From assembly GCA_944384535.1 (NCBI GenBank), contig CALWTS010000041.1, positions 10,399-74,398 of the forward strand: DNA of 64,000 nucleotides. Direction: 5' to 3'. Within the stretch, counting starts at the first letter, position 1; each line of letters starts with the position of its first letter. This DNA comes from an uncultured Clostridia bacterium. Lineage in GTDB: Bacteria > Bacillota > Clostridia > Christensenellales > UBA1242. The position numbers and the translations under genes were made by a program. The notes under the pieces were generated by a model, which did no database searches, was not told the origin of the DNA, and saw only the letters and a list, made by a program, of their open reading frames with translations. Shown piece by piece: positions 18,687-28,028 of this stretch.

Positions 18687-20039
18687 ATGCAAGAATTATC
18701 TTCATTATGGAAAGCAGTATTAGATAAACTTGAGTTAACTGTTTCAAATGTTTCATTTGTAATGTGGTTTAAGCCATTAAAAGTTGTAGATTTAGTAGAA
18801 AATAAAAAATTAGTAATAGCAACAAATTCTACATCTGCAAAAAATCAAATACTAAGAAATTATTTTGAAAAATTAAATAAAGCAGTTCAAGATATTTTTG
18901 GGGAAGATATAGTTATCGAAGTACTTGATCAAAATGAAGAAATCGAATATATAAAAGTTAATGGAGATAAAACAAAAGAAAAAGAAGTTGAAGTTATAAA
19001 AAATCCATTTAATGAAAAATATACATTTGATAATTTTGTTGTAGGAAAATCGAACCAATTTGTTTATGCAGCAGCTAGAGCTGTCGCAGAACATCCGGGA
19101 GAAAAATTTAATCCATTATTTATTTATGGTGGTGTTGGTTTAGGAAAAACTCATATTTTACATGCAATAGGAAATTATATAAAAGAATATAATCCTAATA
19201 TAAATGTTATGTATGTGACTTGTGAAAAATTTGCTAATGATTATATAGAAAGTTTGGGTTCAAATACAAAAAATAAAGCGGTTTTAGAATTTAGAACAAA
19301 ATATAGAAATCTAGATGTTTTAATGGTTGATGATATACAATTTATTTCAAAAAAGACAAGTACTCAAGAAGAATTTTTTCATACTTTTAATGAATTATAT
19401 CAAAATAATAAACAAATTATAATTACATCTGATAGACCACCAAAAGATATTGATACTTTAGCTGATAGATTACGATCTAGATTTACATGTGGATTGATAC
19501 AAGATATTCAAGCTCCTGATTATGAAACAAGAGTTGCTATTTTGCGAAAAAAATGTCAGATAGAAAAATATGTTATAGATGATAATGTTATAGATTTTAT
19601 TGCAGAAAAAAATGTAACAAATATTAGAGAACTTGAAGGTATGCTTTCTAAAGTTTATTTTTTAGCAAATCTATCAAATAAACATTCAGCTACAATGGAA
19701 GATGCGATAGAAGCTTTTAATAGTGAATTAGAAGAAGATAAAAATGAAGGATTATCAGTAGATGATATTATTGACACTGTTTGTAAATATTTTGATATAA
19801 CAAGACAAGATATAATAGGTAAAAAGAAAAGTAAAGATGTTGTAGAACCAAGAATGATAGCTATATATTTAATAAGTGAAATTTTAGAAATTCCTCTTGT
19901 ATCTATAGGAAAAATTTTTGGAGGAAGAGATCATACAACAATAATGCATTCACGAAATAAAATTTCAGATGAATTAAAAACTTCTCATAAAATGAAATCT
20001 CTCGTGAGTGAAATAAAAAAAATGTTGAAAGGTGGATAA
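18687..20039 (+). CDS. dnaA: chromosomal replication initiator DnaA
   Basis: MQELSSLWKAVLDKLE start preceded by AAGAGGTGG. The track start at 18624 adds 21 non-conserved residues that overlap the promoter. Walker A GGVGLGKTHL, IRELEG, and a C-terminal DNA-binding domain (DHTTIMH). Confidence 0.95.
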   Translation: MQELSSLWKAVLDKLELTVSNVSFVMWFKPLKVVDLVENKKLVIATNSTSAKNQILRNYFEKLNKAVQDIFGEDIVIEVLDQNEEIEYIKVNGDKTKEKEVEVIKNPFNEKYTFDNFVVGKSNQFVYAAARAVAEHPGEKFNPLFIYGGVGLGKTHILHAIGNYIKEYNPNINVMYVTCEKFANDYIESLGSNTKNKAVLEFRTKYRNLDVLMVDDIQFISKKTSTQEEFFHTFNELYQNNKQIIITSDRPPKDIDTLADRLRSRFTCGLIQDIQAPDYETRVAILRKKCQIEKYVIDDNVIDFIAEKNVTNIRELEGMLSKVYFLANLSNKHSATMEDAIEAFNSELEEDKNEGLSVDDIIDTVCKYFDITRQDIIGKKKSKDVVEPRMIAIYLISEILEIPLVSIGKIFGGRDHTTIMHSRNKISDELKTSHKMKSLVSEIKKMLKGG

Positions 20040-20183
20040 ATAATATAAAAAATCCACAACTTATCCACAATTTTATACAACAATATAAAGTATTTATTTT
20101 ACTAATAAAATTAAAATTATACAATATATAGACTAAATTATAATTTATCCACAAATTTACATTGATTATTATTAATATTATTA
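20031..20183. other. oriC core: DnaA-box cluster plus AT-rich trinucleotide-repeat unwinding region in the dnaA-dnaN spacer
   Basis: TTATCCACA perfect at 20061-20069 and 20145-20153. TTATCCACC on the complement of 20031-20039. AAATCCACA at 20050-20058. TTA TTA TTA ATA TTA TTA at 20166-20183. Confidence 0.75.
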
Positions 20184-20317
20184 CAAAAAGAATTAAAATA
20201 TAAATACTCTTACTTTTATGGCGGATTTAAAACGGAAGAATTTATTTTTTTAAGGGATAAAAACTTGATTAAAATACTGATAAGTGATATACTATTTAAG
20301 TGTTTAAGGAGAATAAA

Positions 20318-21418
20318 ATGTTAGTTAGTTGTCAAGGATTAGAATTATCAGAAGCTTTTTTAAGAGTTAGTAAAGCTATCTCAAATAAAATTACAAACCC
20401 TATTTTAGAAGGTATAAAAATAACTGCAGAAGATGAAACATTAACAATGTCTGCAACTGATACAGAATTATCAATTGAGAAAAAAATTAAAGCTAATGTT
20501 AAAATTGAAGGCGAAACTGTAGTTCCTGGAAGATTTATTACAGAATTTGTAAAAAAACTTACAAATTCAATTATTGAATTAGAAGTAAATGAAAAAAATC
20601 AATTAATAATAAGATACGAAGATAGTGAAAGTATAATTCAATGTTATAATCCTATTGAATACCCCGGTTTTAAAAAAATAGAAACAAATGAATATTTCGG
20701 TATTACACAAAGAGATTTTAAAACTTGTGTAAATAAATCAATATTCTCTGTTGCTTTAGATGACTCTAGACCAATTTTAAAAGGTGTTTTATTTGATATA
20801 AATAATAATGAATTAAATGTGGTTGCTTTGGATGGATATAGATTAGCAAGAGTAAAGAAAAATATAAATTCAAATATTATAAAATCTATAGTTGTTCCAT
20901 CAAGAAGTCTTAGTGAATTAAGTAAATTAATTGAAGACAATGATGAAATTATAAATATTTATATTGATAAGTATACAATAATGGTTGATTTAGGTGATAC
21001 AAAAGTAACATCACGTTTACTAGAAGGAGATTATATCAATTATAAACAAATTATACCAGTTAATTATGAAACATTTGTAATTATTAATAAAGAACAATTT
21101 GAACAAGCTCTTGAGAGAGCTACACTGCTTTCTAGAGCAGGAAATAATAATTTTGTTAAATTTGATATTAAAGAAAATAATTTATGTATAACTTCAAATT
21201 CAGAATTAGGAAATATTAAAGAAAATATTCCTGTAAATGTATCTGGTAAAGACCTTATAATATCTTTTAATCCAAGATATTTTTTAGAAAGTTTAAGAGT
21301 AAACACAAATGAATTTGTAAAAATTTGTTTTAACAAGTCATCAACACCTTGTGTTATTGTTCCTACTGAAGAAGATGAGTTTTTATATTTAATTTTACCA
21401 GTAAGAGTTATAGCTTAA
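20318..21418 (+). CDS. dnaN: DNA polymerase III beta sliding clamp
   Basis: MLVSCQGLELSEAFLRVSKAI start with AAGGAG at 20306-20311. The track begins at an upstream GTG (20300). The length (~366 aa) and overall pattern are typical of DnaN. Confidence 0.93.
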   Translation: MLVSCQGLELSEAFLRVSKAISNKITNPILEGIKITAEDETLTMSATDTELSIEKKIKANVKIEGETVVPGRFITEFVKKLTNSIIELEVNEKNQLIIRYEDSESIIQCYNPIEYPGFKKIETNEYFGITQRDFKTCVNKSIFSVALDDSRPILKGVLFDINNNELNVVALDGYRLARVKKNINSNIIKSIVVPSRSLSELSKLIEDNDEIINIYIDKYTIMVDLGDTKVTSRLLEGDYINYKQIIPVNYETFVIINKEQFEQALERATLLSRAGNNNFVKFDIKENNLCITSNSELGNIKENIPVNVSGKDLIISFNPRYFLESLRVNTNEFVKICFNKSSTPCVIVPTEEDEFLYLILPVRVIA

Positions 21419-21626
21419 AATTATGGTAACTAATTTAAAAAGTGTTTTAAAATATTTTAATGGTTGTCAAAATTATTTTAGAAATTACAAGTGTAAATTT
21501 TTTTAGTGAATTTGATATAAAAGATGATTTAGAATTATTTAATTATGCTTCTAGTTATAATGAATTATACCCTTGTAAAAGTGAATAATAAAAATAAAAC
21601 TTTGTAATTTAAATATAGGAGAAAAA

Positions 21627-22154
21627 ATGAATTATTTTAAAAATGAAGATATAATTTATTTTTCAAAATTAAATCAAAAAGCTATAATACCTTCTAAAGA
21701 AATAGAAAATGCTGGATATGATATTTATGCTTGTTTTGATGAAGATTATATTTTAATAAAACCAAACCATACACAATTAATTCCTACTGGTATATCGTGG
21801 GCTTCTTGTCCTAAATACTATCTTCAAATAGAAGAAAGATCAAGTACTGGGAGTAAGGGAATAAAGAAAAGTGCTGGAGTAATAGATAGTGGTTATCGAG
21901 GAGAAATAAAAATAGCTATAACAAATAGCAATGATGTGAATTTATATTTTATTAATTTAAATGAAGAAGAATTTAAAGAAAAATACAAAGATTTAATAAA
22001 TAAAAATGATATATATTATTATACTAAAAAAGCTATAGCTCAAGCGATTTTACATAAAGTAGAAGATGTTAAAGTAAAAGAAATATCAATTGAAGAATTA
22101 TTAAAAATTCCATCAAAAAGAGGTAATAAAGGTTGGGGTAGTTCTAATAAATAA
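21627..22154 (+). CDS. dut: dUTP diphosphatase (trimeric dUTPase family)
   Basis: Motifs AGYDIYA, ERSSTGSKG, GVIDSGYRGEI and the C-terminal RGNKGWGSS. Confidence 0.85.
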   Translation: MNYFKNEDIIYFSKLNQKAIIPSKEIENAGYDIYACFDEDYILIKPNHTQLIPTGISWASCPKYYLQIEERSSTGSKGIKKSAGVIDSGYRGEIKIAITNSNDVNLYFINLNEEEFKEKYKDLINKNDIYYYTKKAIAQAILHKVEDVKVKEISIEELLKIPSKRGNKGWGSSNK

Positions 22155-22180
22155 AAAGTATCTAAATGATACTTTTTTTT
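22155..22180. terminator. bidirectional rho-independent terminator
   Basis: AAAGTATC - taaat - GATACTTT followed by a T-run. Confidence 0.65.
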
Positions 22181-22484
22181 AAACAAAATTTTCACTGTCA
22201 TTAAAAAATTTTTCATATTCTAAAAATAAATCTATTTTTTCTTTATTTTCTTTTGCTAAATTATACAATTTATCAACATCTAATTTAAAATCTAAATTAC
22301 ATTCAAAATCTTTTTTTCTAAGATAATGTAAAATAATTTCATTTGGTATAGATTTTATTTTTTCATATTGATTAAATAAATAGAGATATAAATTATTATA
22401 ATCTTCTCTTTTTAGAAGAATGGTAATTATTTGATCATTTGGATATAATTTACTAAATTTTTCTAATAATTTTTTAGAAATCAT
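22179..22484 (-). CDS. hypothetical protein (101 aa)
   Basis: GAGGAGG RBS lies upstream of the ATG on the minus strand. I recognised no motif. Confidence 0.65.
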   Translation of the reverse strand: MISKKLLEKFSKLYPNDQIITILLKREDYNNLYLYLFNQYEKIKSIPNEIILHYLRKKDFECNLDFKLDVDKLYNLAKENKEKIDLFLEYEKFFNDSENFV

Positions 22485-22625
22485 AAATTCCTCCTCTTTT
22501 TATCTTTATGAAAATAAAAATAATTTATTTACTATAATTAAAAAATAATTTTATAACTACAGTTAAAAATATTTTTATAATATATTTTTGTTTTAAATAC
22601 AAATGTAAAAAAATAAATATTACAA

Positions 22626-22654
22626 TTGACAAAATCTTTTTTATTCTCTATAAT
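22626..22654 (+). promoter_or_regulatory. sigma-A-type promoter of the rpmH operon
   Basis: TTGACA (22626-22631), 17-nt spacer, TATAAT (22649-22654). Confidence 0.65.
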
Positions 22655-22688
22655 AAAGTAGTTACAATTAAAAAGGAGGCATATTAAA

Positions 22689-22823
22689 ATGAAAAGAACT
22701 TATCAGCCAAAGAAAAGACAAAGAAATAAAGTTCACGGTTTTAGAGAAAGAATGAGAACTAATGGTGGAAGAAATGTTATAAAAAGAAGAAGAAATCGTG
22801 GAAGAAAAAAATTATCTGCTTAA
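22689..22823 (+). CDS. rpmH: 50S ribosomal protein L34
   Basis: Too short for the track. [44 protein letters not shown] (44 aa), with AAGGAGG RBS. Confidence 0.95.
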   Translation: MKRTYQPKKRQRNKVHGFRERMRTNGGRNVIKRRRNRGRKKLSA

Positions 22824-23157
22824 TACTAAAGAAAGGTCAGACCATAGATTAAAAAAAAATAAGCATTTTAATTATATATATAGAAAAGGTGAAAAATATA
22901 ATACAAAAAACTTTAATCTTTATGTAATAAAAAGTAAATACAAAACTTTTAAAATAGGTTATTCAATAAGTAAAAAAGAGGGTAAAGCAAATAAAAGAAA
23001 TTTACTTAAAAGAAGAATGAAAGAAGTTGTAAGATTAAATAATTTACCCAAAGAATATAAAAATTATATTTTACAAGCAAAAAATAATGCTTGTTTATTA
23101 AGTTATATTGAAATAGAAAAACAAATAAAAGAATTATTTAATAAGGTAATAATTTAA
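22798..23157 (+). CDS. rnpA: ribonuclease P protein component
   Basis: [16 protein letters not shown] and the RNR-type motif [17 protein letters not shown]. The only canonical in-frame start is GTG at 22798, which overlaps rpmH by 26 nt, so the start is uncertain. Confidence 0.85.
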   Translation: MEEKNYLLNTKERSDHRLKKNKHFNYIYRKGEKYNTKNFNLYVIKSKYKTFKIGYSISKKEGKANKRNLLKRRMKEVVRLNNLPKEYKNYILQAKNNACLLSYIEIEKQIKELFNKVII

Positions 23158-23423
23158 TGAAAATTTTAAAAAAATTTTTTTTATTTTTAACAAAAATACC
23201 TATATATTTTTATAAATATTTTATTTCACCATTTCTTCCTCATACGTGTAAATTTTATCCAACTTGTTCAACATATTTTTTAGATTCCCTGAATAATTTT
23301 GGTTTTTTTAGAGGAAGTATTATTGGATTAAAAAGGCTTATAAAATGTAATCCTATAAATAAAAATAATGGATATGACCCAGTTCCTATAAATATTAAAG
23401 GAGAAATAAAATGGCTATTTTAA
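23157..23423 (+). CDS. yidD: membrane protein insertion efficiency factor YidD
   Basis: FYKYFISPFLPHTCKFYPTCSTYF...GYDPVP. Confidence 0.9.
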   Translation: MKILKKFFLFLTKIPIYFYKYFISPFLPHTCKFYPTCSTYFLDSLNNFGFFRGSIIGLKRLIKCNPINKNNGYDPVPINIKGEIKWLF

Positions 23424-24820
23424 GCACATTGTTATCTGTAAGTGAGCCATCAGGAGCATGGATTTCTGTCATTAAAGCATTTGAAGCAGTAACAAATAAT
23501 TATGTATTAGCTATCATATTTTTAACTGTAGTATTAAAAATTATAACAAGTGTTTTTGATACTTTTAGCAAATATAGTCAGCAAAAAATGAATGATATTC
23601 AGTCAAAGATTCAACCTGAATTAGAAAAAATAAAACAAAAATATGCAAATCAACCACAAATAATTCAACAAAAACAAAATGAATTATATAGAAAACATTT
23701 TGGAAAAGGATATTATGGCAGTTGTATAATAACTATGTTATTAATGATATTAAATTTAGTAATATTTTTAACATTATTTTCAGGTTTAAACTTAATGTCA
23801 TCGTATAAAATAAGTCTTAGTTATGATAATTTAAAATATACATATGCGAATTGTTTAAATGTTACAGACGTTTACTTTAATGGTAATTATCAAGATTCAG
23901 AGAAATTAGAAATATTTAAAAATTATGAAAAATTATCTTATCAAGTTATTAAAGAAGATGGAATACAAAAAATATTATTGATACAAAATAATAATGATGA
24001 ACAAATAATTTTAGCTGAAACAGAATTTAAAAATGATTTTAGTATTTATGATCCTGAAAATCCAGAAGAAATATTAAAAACATCTAATGAAAGTATAATT
24101 GAAATAATTGATAAAATTTTTCCAACCTATACAGAAGAAGAAATATTAGGTTCTAAAGAAATTATACTTATTGAAAATTATATTCCAGTTTTAGATGAAA
24201 ATGGAATTCAAAAAGAGGATGAATCAGGTAATTTAGTTTATCAGGATTTATATCTTTCTACAGCTGTTCAAAAAACTATTATGAATAAATTAGAAAGTGT
24301 ATATGATGAAAATAAAGATAGTTTTCTTTGGGTAGAAAACATTTGGATTGCAGACTCACCTTTTCAAAATTCTATAGTAGATTACAATACATTAGTTAGT
24401 CAAATAGGAAAAGATAATATAGAAGAAGGTGAAGAAAAAATTTATAATTGTTTTATGGATGATTTAAAAGAAGTTAAAAATAAAGCAAATGGTTATTATA
24501 TATTACCACTTTTATGCGTATTAATTTCTGTAGTATCTTTATTTTTAATTAATCCTTTATATAGTAAAATAAAATGTAAAAGAAAAGGGATTCCATATGT
24601 TAAACAAAGAAAAGGACAATTTACACAGATTATAATAGTAGTATTATTTTCTATATTTGCGTTATTCTATAATACAGTATTTACAATTTATATGATTACA
24701 GGTCAATTAATTGCAACTTTATTAAGTCCCCTTCAATTATATATTGTTGATAAGATTGTAGAAAAGAAAAAGAAAAAAGAAGAAGATAAAATTACTGTTG
24801 AGTATTCAAGAAAATTTTAA
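23411..24820 (+). CDS. yidC: membrane insertase YidC/SpoIIIJ family, unusually long (469 aa)
   Basis: IQPELEKIKQKYANQPQ...ELYRKH C1-loop signature, FLWVENIWIADSPF, and a basic C-terminal tail. About 175 extra residues lie between the two signatures. Confidence 0.85.
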   Translation: MAILSTLLSVSEPSGAWISVIKAFEAVTNNYVLAIIFLTVVLKIITSVFDTFSKYSQQKMNDIQSKIQPELEKIKQKYANQPQIIQQKQNELYRKHFGKGYYGSCIITMLLMILNLVIFLTLFSGLNLMSSYKISLSYDNLKYTYANCLNVTDVYFNGNYQDSEKLEIFKNYEKLSYQVIKEDGIQKILLIQNNNDEQIILAETEFKNDFSIYDPENPEEILKTSNESIIEIIDKIFPTYTEEEILGSKEIILIENYIPVLDENGIQKEDESGNLVYQDLYLSTAVQKTIMNKLESVYDENKDSFLWVENIWIADSPFQNSIVDYNTLVSQIGKDNIEEGEEKIYNCFMDDLKEVKNKANGYYILPLLCVLISVVSLFLINPLYSKIKCKRKGIPYVKQRKGQFTQIIIVVLFSIFALFYNTVFTIYMITGQLIATLLSPLQLYIVDKIVEKKKKKEEDKITVEYSRKF

Positions 24821-24835
24821 TTTAGGGAGGAAAAT

Positions 24836-25627
24836 ATGCTTTCTGCTGAAGGAATAGGAAAAAATATTGAAAAGGCAATAGAAAATGCATTATTGGAATT
24901 AAAAGCTTCAAGAGAAGATGTTGATATAAAAATATTAAGTGAGGGAGGTCTTTTTAAAAAAGCAAAAGTAGTTGTAACAATTTCAGAAGATGCAAGAGAA
25001 AAATATGAAAAAAAGACCAAAAAAGAATTAAAAAATCTAGATGAAAGCACAAAAAAAGAAGAAAATATAAACGTTGAAAAAGAAAATATAGTTGAAGATG
25101 TTGTAGAAAAAACAGAAGAATCTAAACCAAAAATAAAACAAGAAAGTACGGAAGAAAAAATAGAAAAACCTAAACTAGAAAAAGAAAAGACAGTTGATGT
25201 TTTAAACTTTTTGAAAGGATTATTTGAAAAAGCAGGAAAAACTGTAGAAATAAATATTAAAGATGATGACAAATATATAACGTATTCAGTTGTTGGTGAA
25301 GATTTAGGAGATATGATCGGTCATCGTGGTGAATGTTATTATGCAATTTCTAAATTATTATCAGTAATGAATAATGATAATGATAAAAAAATTTTATTAG
25401 ATATTGGTGGATTTAAAGAAAAAAGAGCTGAAAGTTTAACAGCTCTTGCAAAAAGAATAGCTAATAAAGTTATAAAAACTGGTCGATATGTTAAATTAGA
25501 TCCAATGAACCCTAGTGACAGAAGAATAATTCATACTGCTTTACAAGATAATGATAAAGTTACAACGTTAAGTAAAGGGACAGAACCACATAGATATGTA
25601 ATTATTTTTCCTAAAGAATCAGAATAA
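24836..25627 (+). CDS. jag: Jag/KhpB RNA-binding protein (Jag_N, KH, R3H)
   Basis: The KH-like IGHRGECYYAIS and the R3H region PMNPSDRRIIHTALQD...PHRYVIIFP are separated by a Lys/Glu-rich linker. Confidence 0.88.
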   Translation: MLSAEGIGKNIEKAIENALLELKASREDVDIKILSEGGLFKKAKVVVTISEDAREKYEKKTKKELKNLDESTKKEENINVEKENIVEDVVEKTEESKPKIKQESTEEKIEKPKLEKEKTVDVLNFLKGLFEKAGKTVEINIKDDDKYITYSVVGEDLGDMIGHRGECYYAISKLLSVMNNDNDKKILLDIGGFKEKRAESLTALAKRIANKVIKTGRYVKLDPMNPSDRRIIHTALQDNDKVTTLSKGTEPHRYVIIFPKESE

Positions 25628-25654
25628 AAAAAGACTAATTTTAGTCTTTTTTTT
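25627..25654. terminator. bidirectional rho-independent terminator
   Basis: AAAAGACTAA - tt - TTAGTCTTTT flanked by A- and T-runs. Confidence 0.65.
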
Positions 25655-26561
25655 ATATGGATAATTCTATTTCTTCAAATTCTATGTTTTTATTTTCATT
25701 TTCTAATTCTTCAATATTATTTTTTGATATTTCAATAGCTTTACTAGAGTGTAATATAGTCTTTTCAACATATTTTTGAATATTTGAATATTCATATGTT
25801 CTTAAACAACCTTTGAAAGATTTATTTCTCATATCACTAAAAACTCTTATTAAAAATTTATGAAATTGTTGATATTCAATATTATTTTGAATTAAAGTTT
25901 CATTTGCTACTTTATCATATTTGGTTGTTAAATCATTACATTTTTCACCATTAGCATTACAAACCTTTTCTTCATCTGAATCAGTTAGTTCAAAAGAGTT
26001 TTCATGTTGTGTAATAGGACCACAAATTTTCATACAAAGATATTGTAAATTAGGTATTGAACTAAAAAAACTTATTGGTGATAATTGATTGTACTCATTT
26101 TTTATACTTTCTGAAAACATATTAATTTCACAAGTTAAGAGATAGTCAGTAATAAATTTTTTTTGTTTATCAGTAAAATTATAATCAAATAAATAATGAT
26201 ACCAATCTGATTTTGGAAATTTTAATCTTGATTGTGTCCATTCATTTTCATAAACTTCATTATATGAAGATGTAAGATGACAGTTTGTAAAATAATCTAT
26301 ATATGCAAGTCCTTTTTTACAAATTTCTTGATTTTTTAAAGATCCATAATTAAGATCTTTTTTTAAATCATCTCTTAATTTTTCTATTTCAGCAGTAGAC
26401 ATTGTTAAAATCATTGTTTCAATGTTAGATAAATTATTTTGAGATTTATTTTCATAATTTAATGTTTTCTGAATTTTATTCTTAGATGAAAATTTATCAA
26501 CTTTCTTATCAATCTTTGATTCTTTTTTGATCAAGGTTTTAAATATTTTTTTTTGATTCAT
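25653..26561 (-). CDS. hypothetical protein (~302 aa), Cys-containing, no recognised motif
   Basis: AGGAG lies 6 nt upstream of the ATG at 26561 (MNQKKIF). The track starts 9 codons earlier. Confidence 0.65.
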   Translation of the reverse strand: MNQKKIFKTLIKKESKIDKKVDKFSSKNKIQKTLNYENKSQNNLSNIETMILTMSTAEIEKLRDDLKKDLNYGSLKNQEICKKGLAYIDYFTNCHLTSSYNEVYENEWTQSRLKFPKSDWYHYLFDYNFTDKQKKFITDYLLTCEINMFSESIKNEYNQLSPISFFSSIPNLQYLCMKICGPITQHENSFELTDSDEEKVCNANGEKCNDLTTKYDKVANETLIQNNIEYQQFHKFLIRVFSDMRNKSFKGCLRTYEYSNIQKYVEKTILHSSKAIEISKNNIEELENENKNIEFEEIELSI

Positions 26562-26654
26562 ATAATTCTCCTGCTTTAATAATATCATATAAAAAAGCTT
26601 TTGTAAAGAGTAATTATGTTTTAAAAATTTAAAATAATATGTTATAATCTCTAT

Positions 26655-27998
26655 ATGAAAAATAATATTATTGCAGCAGTATCTACTCCTATAGGAATAG
26701 GAGCTATCTCAATTGTAAGAATGAGTGGAAAAAATTGTTTAGAAATAGCAGAAAAAGTTTTTGTGGCTAAAAATTTATCATATAAAGAAATTATTCCTAG
26801 AATGTTATATTTAGGATATTTTGTTTTTAATGATAATAGTAAAGAACATTGTATGATGGTATATTTTAAAAATCCAAATTCTTATACAGGTGAAGATATA
26901 ATAGAATTTCAGGTTCATGGAGGAACAATTTTAACGCAAAAAGTTTTAAAAACTTTATTAGAAAAAGGATCTTCATTAGCAGAACCGGGAGAATTTACTA
27001 AAAGAGCTTTTGAAAATGGAAAAATTAGTCTAGATGAAGCAGAAAGTATAATTGGAGAAATTAATGCAGAGAGTGAAAGTGAATTAAAAGCATCACTAAA
27101 TTTAGCTGAAGGACGATTAAAAAATAAAATTAAAAATTTACAAAATAAATTAACTGAAAGTATTGCTCAAATAGAAGCAACATTAGATTATCCAGAAGAG
27201 GACTTTGAACAATCTACAAAAGAAATTATTTTCAAAGGGTTAGAAAATGTAAAAGAAGAAATATTACAGTTTATAAAAGATTCAGAAAATTCAAAATATA
27301 TAAAAAATGGAATAAATATAGCTATAGTAGGAAGTCCAAATGTTGGAAAATCCAGTTTGTTAAATGCACTAATAGGAGAAGATAGAGCAATAGTTACAGA
27401 AATTGAAGGAACTACAAGAGATGTATTAACTGAAAGTATTTTTTATAATGGAGTTAAATTAAATTTTATAGACACAGCGGGAATAAGAGAAAGTGAAGAT
27501 AAGGTAGAAAAAATTGGTATAGAAAAGTCAAAAAACATAATAAAAAATGCAGATGTGATACTATTTGTTTTAGATGGTAGTAGAAAAATAAATGAATATG
27601 ACTTAAAAATTAAAGATTTGTTGAAAAATTTAAAAAATGTTTTAACCATTGTTAATAAATCAGATGTAAAAAGAGTACTAGAAAAACAAAATAATGAGTT
27701 AGAAATATCTGCTTTAAAGGAAAGACAAATAAAAGAAGTTAAAGAAAAAATTTATTCATTGGTAATAAATGAAAAAATAGATTATAATAAAACAATAATT
27801 ATAAATACACGACAAATTGATATATTACATGAATGTGAAGAAATTATTGATCAAATTTTTATTTCAAAATATGAGAGTATGGATATTATTGCAATGTTAA
27901 TTAAAAATTTATGGAATACTCTTGGAAGAATTACTGGAGAAAGCGAAAATGAAAAAATAATTGATTTAATATTTTCAAAATTTTGTTTAGGAAAATAA
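26655..27998 (+). CDS. mnmE: tRNA modification GTPase MnmE
   Basis: G1 motif GSPNVGKSSLLN, DTAGIRE, NKSD, and the C-terminal FCLGK. Confidence 0.93.
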   Translation: MKNNIIAAVSTPIGIGAISIVRMSGKNCLEIAEKVFVAKNLSYKEIIPRMLYLGYFVFNDNSKEHCMMVYFKNPNSYTGEDIIEFQVHGGTILTQKVLKTLLEKGSSLAEPGEFTKRAFENGKISLDEAESIIGEINAESESELKASLNLAEGRLKNKIKNLQNKLTESIAQIEATLDYPEEDFEQSTKEIIFKGLENVKEEILQFIKDSENSKYIKNGINIAIVGSPNVGKSSLLNALIGEDRAIVTEIEGTTRDVLTESIFYNGVKLNFIDTAGIRESEDKVEKIGIEKSKNIIKNADVILFVLDGSRKINEYDLKIKDLLKNLKNVLTIVNKSDVKRVLEKQNNELEISALKERQIKEVKEKIYSLVINEKIDYNKTIIINTRQIDILHECEEIIDQIFISKYESMDIIAMLIKNLWNTLGRITGESENEKIIDLIFSKFCLGK

Positions 27999-28028
27999 AA
28001 AAAATCTAGAATTATCTAGATTTTTTTT
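27999..28028. terminator. bidirectional rho-independent terminator (mnmE / rsmG)
   Basis: AAATCTAGA - atta - TCTAGATTT flanked by A- and T-runs. Confidence 0.65.

Noticed and set aside
21460-21588. 42-aa ORF downstream of dnaN, in the position where yaaA/rlbA lies in Bacillus.
   Set aside because: There is no RBS, and the sequence has no similarity to the S4-like YaaA sequence as I recall it. Chance ORFs of this size are common.
24817-25272. 151-aa antisense ORF rich in Ser/Phe opposite jag. A similar 103-aa ORF lies at 48914-49225 opposite the coiled-coil gene.
   Set aside because: These are mirror images of Lys/Glu-rich (AAR/GAR) sense codons. The sequence is low-complexity, there is no RBS, and each lies fully inside a well-supported gene.
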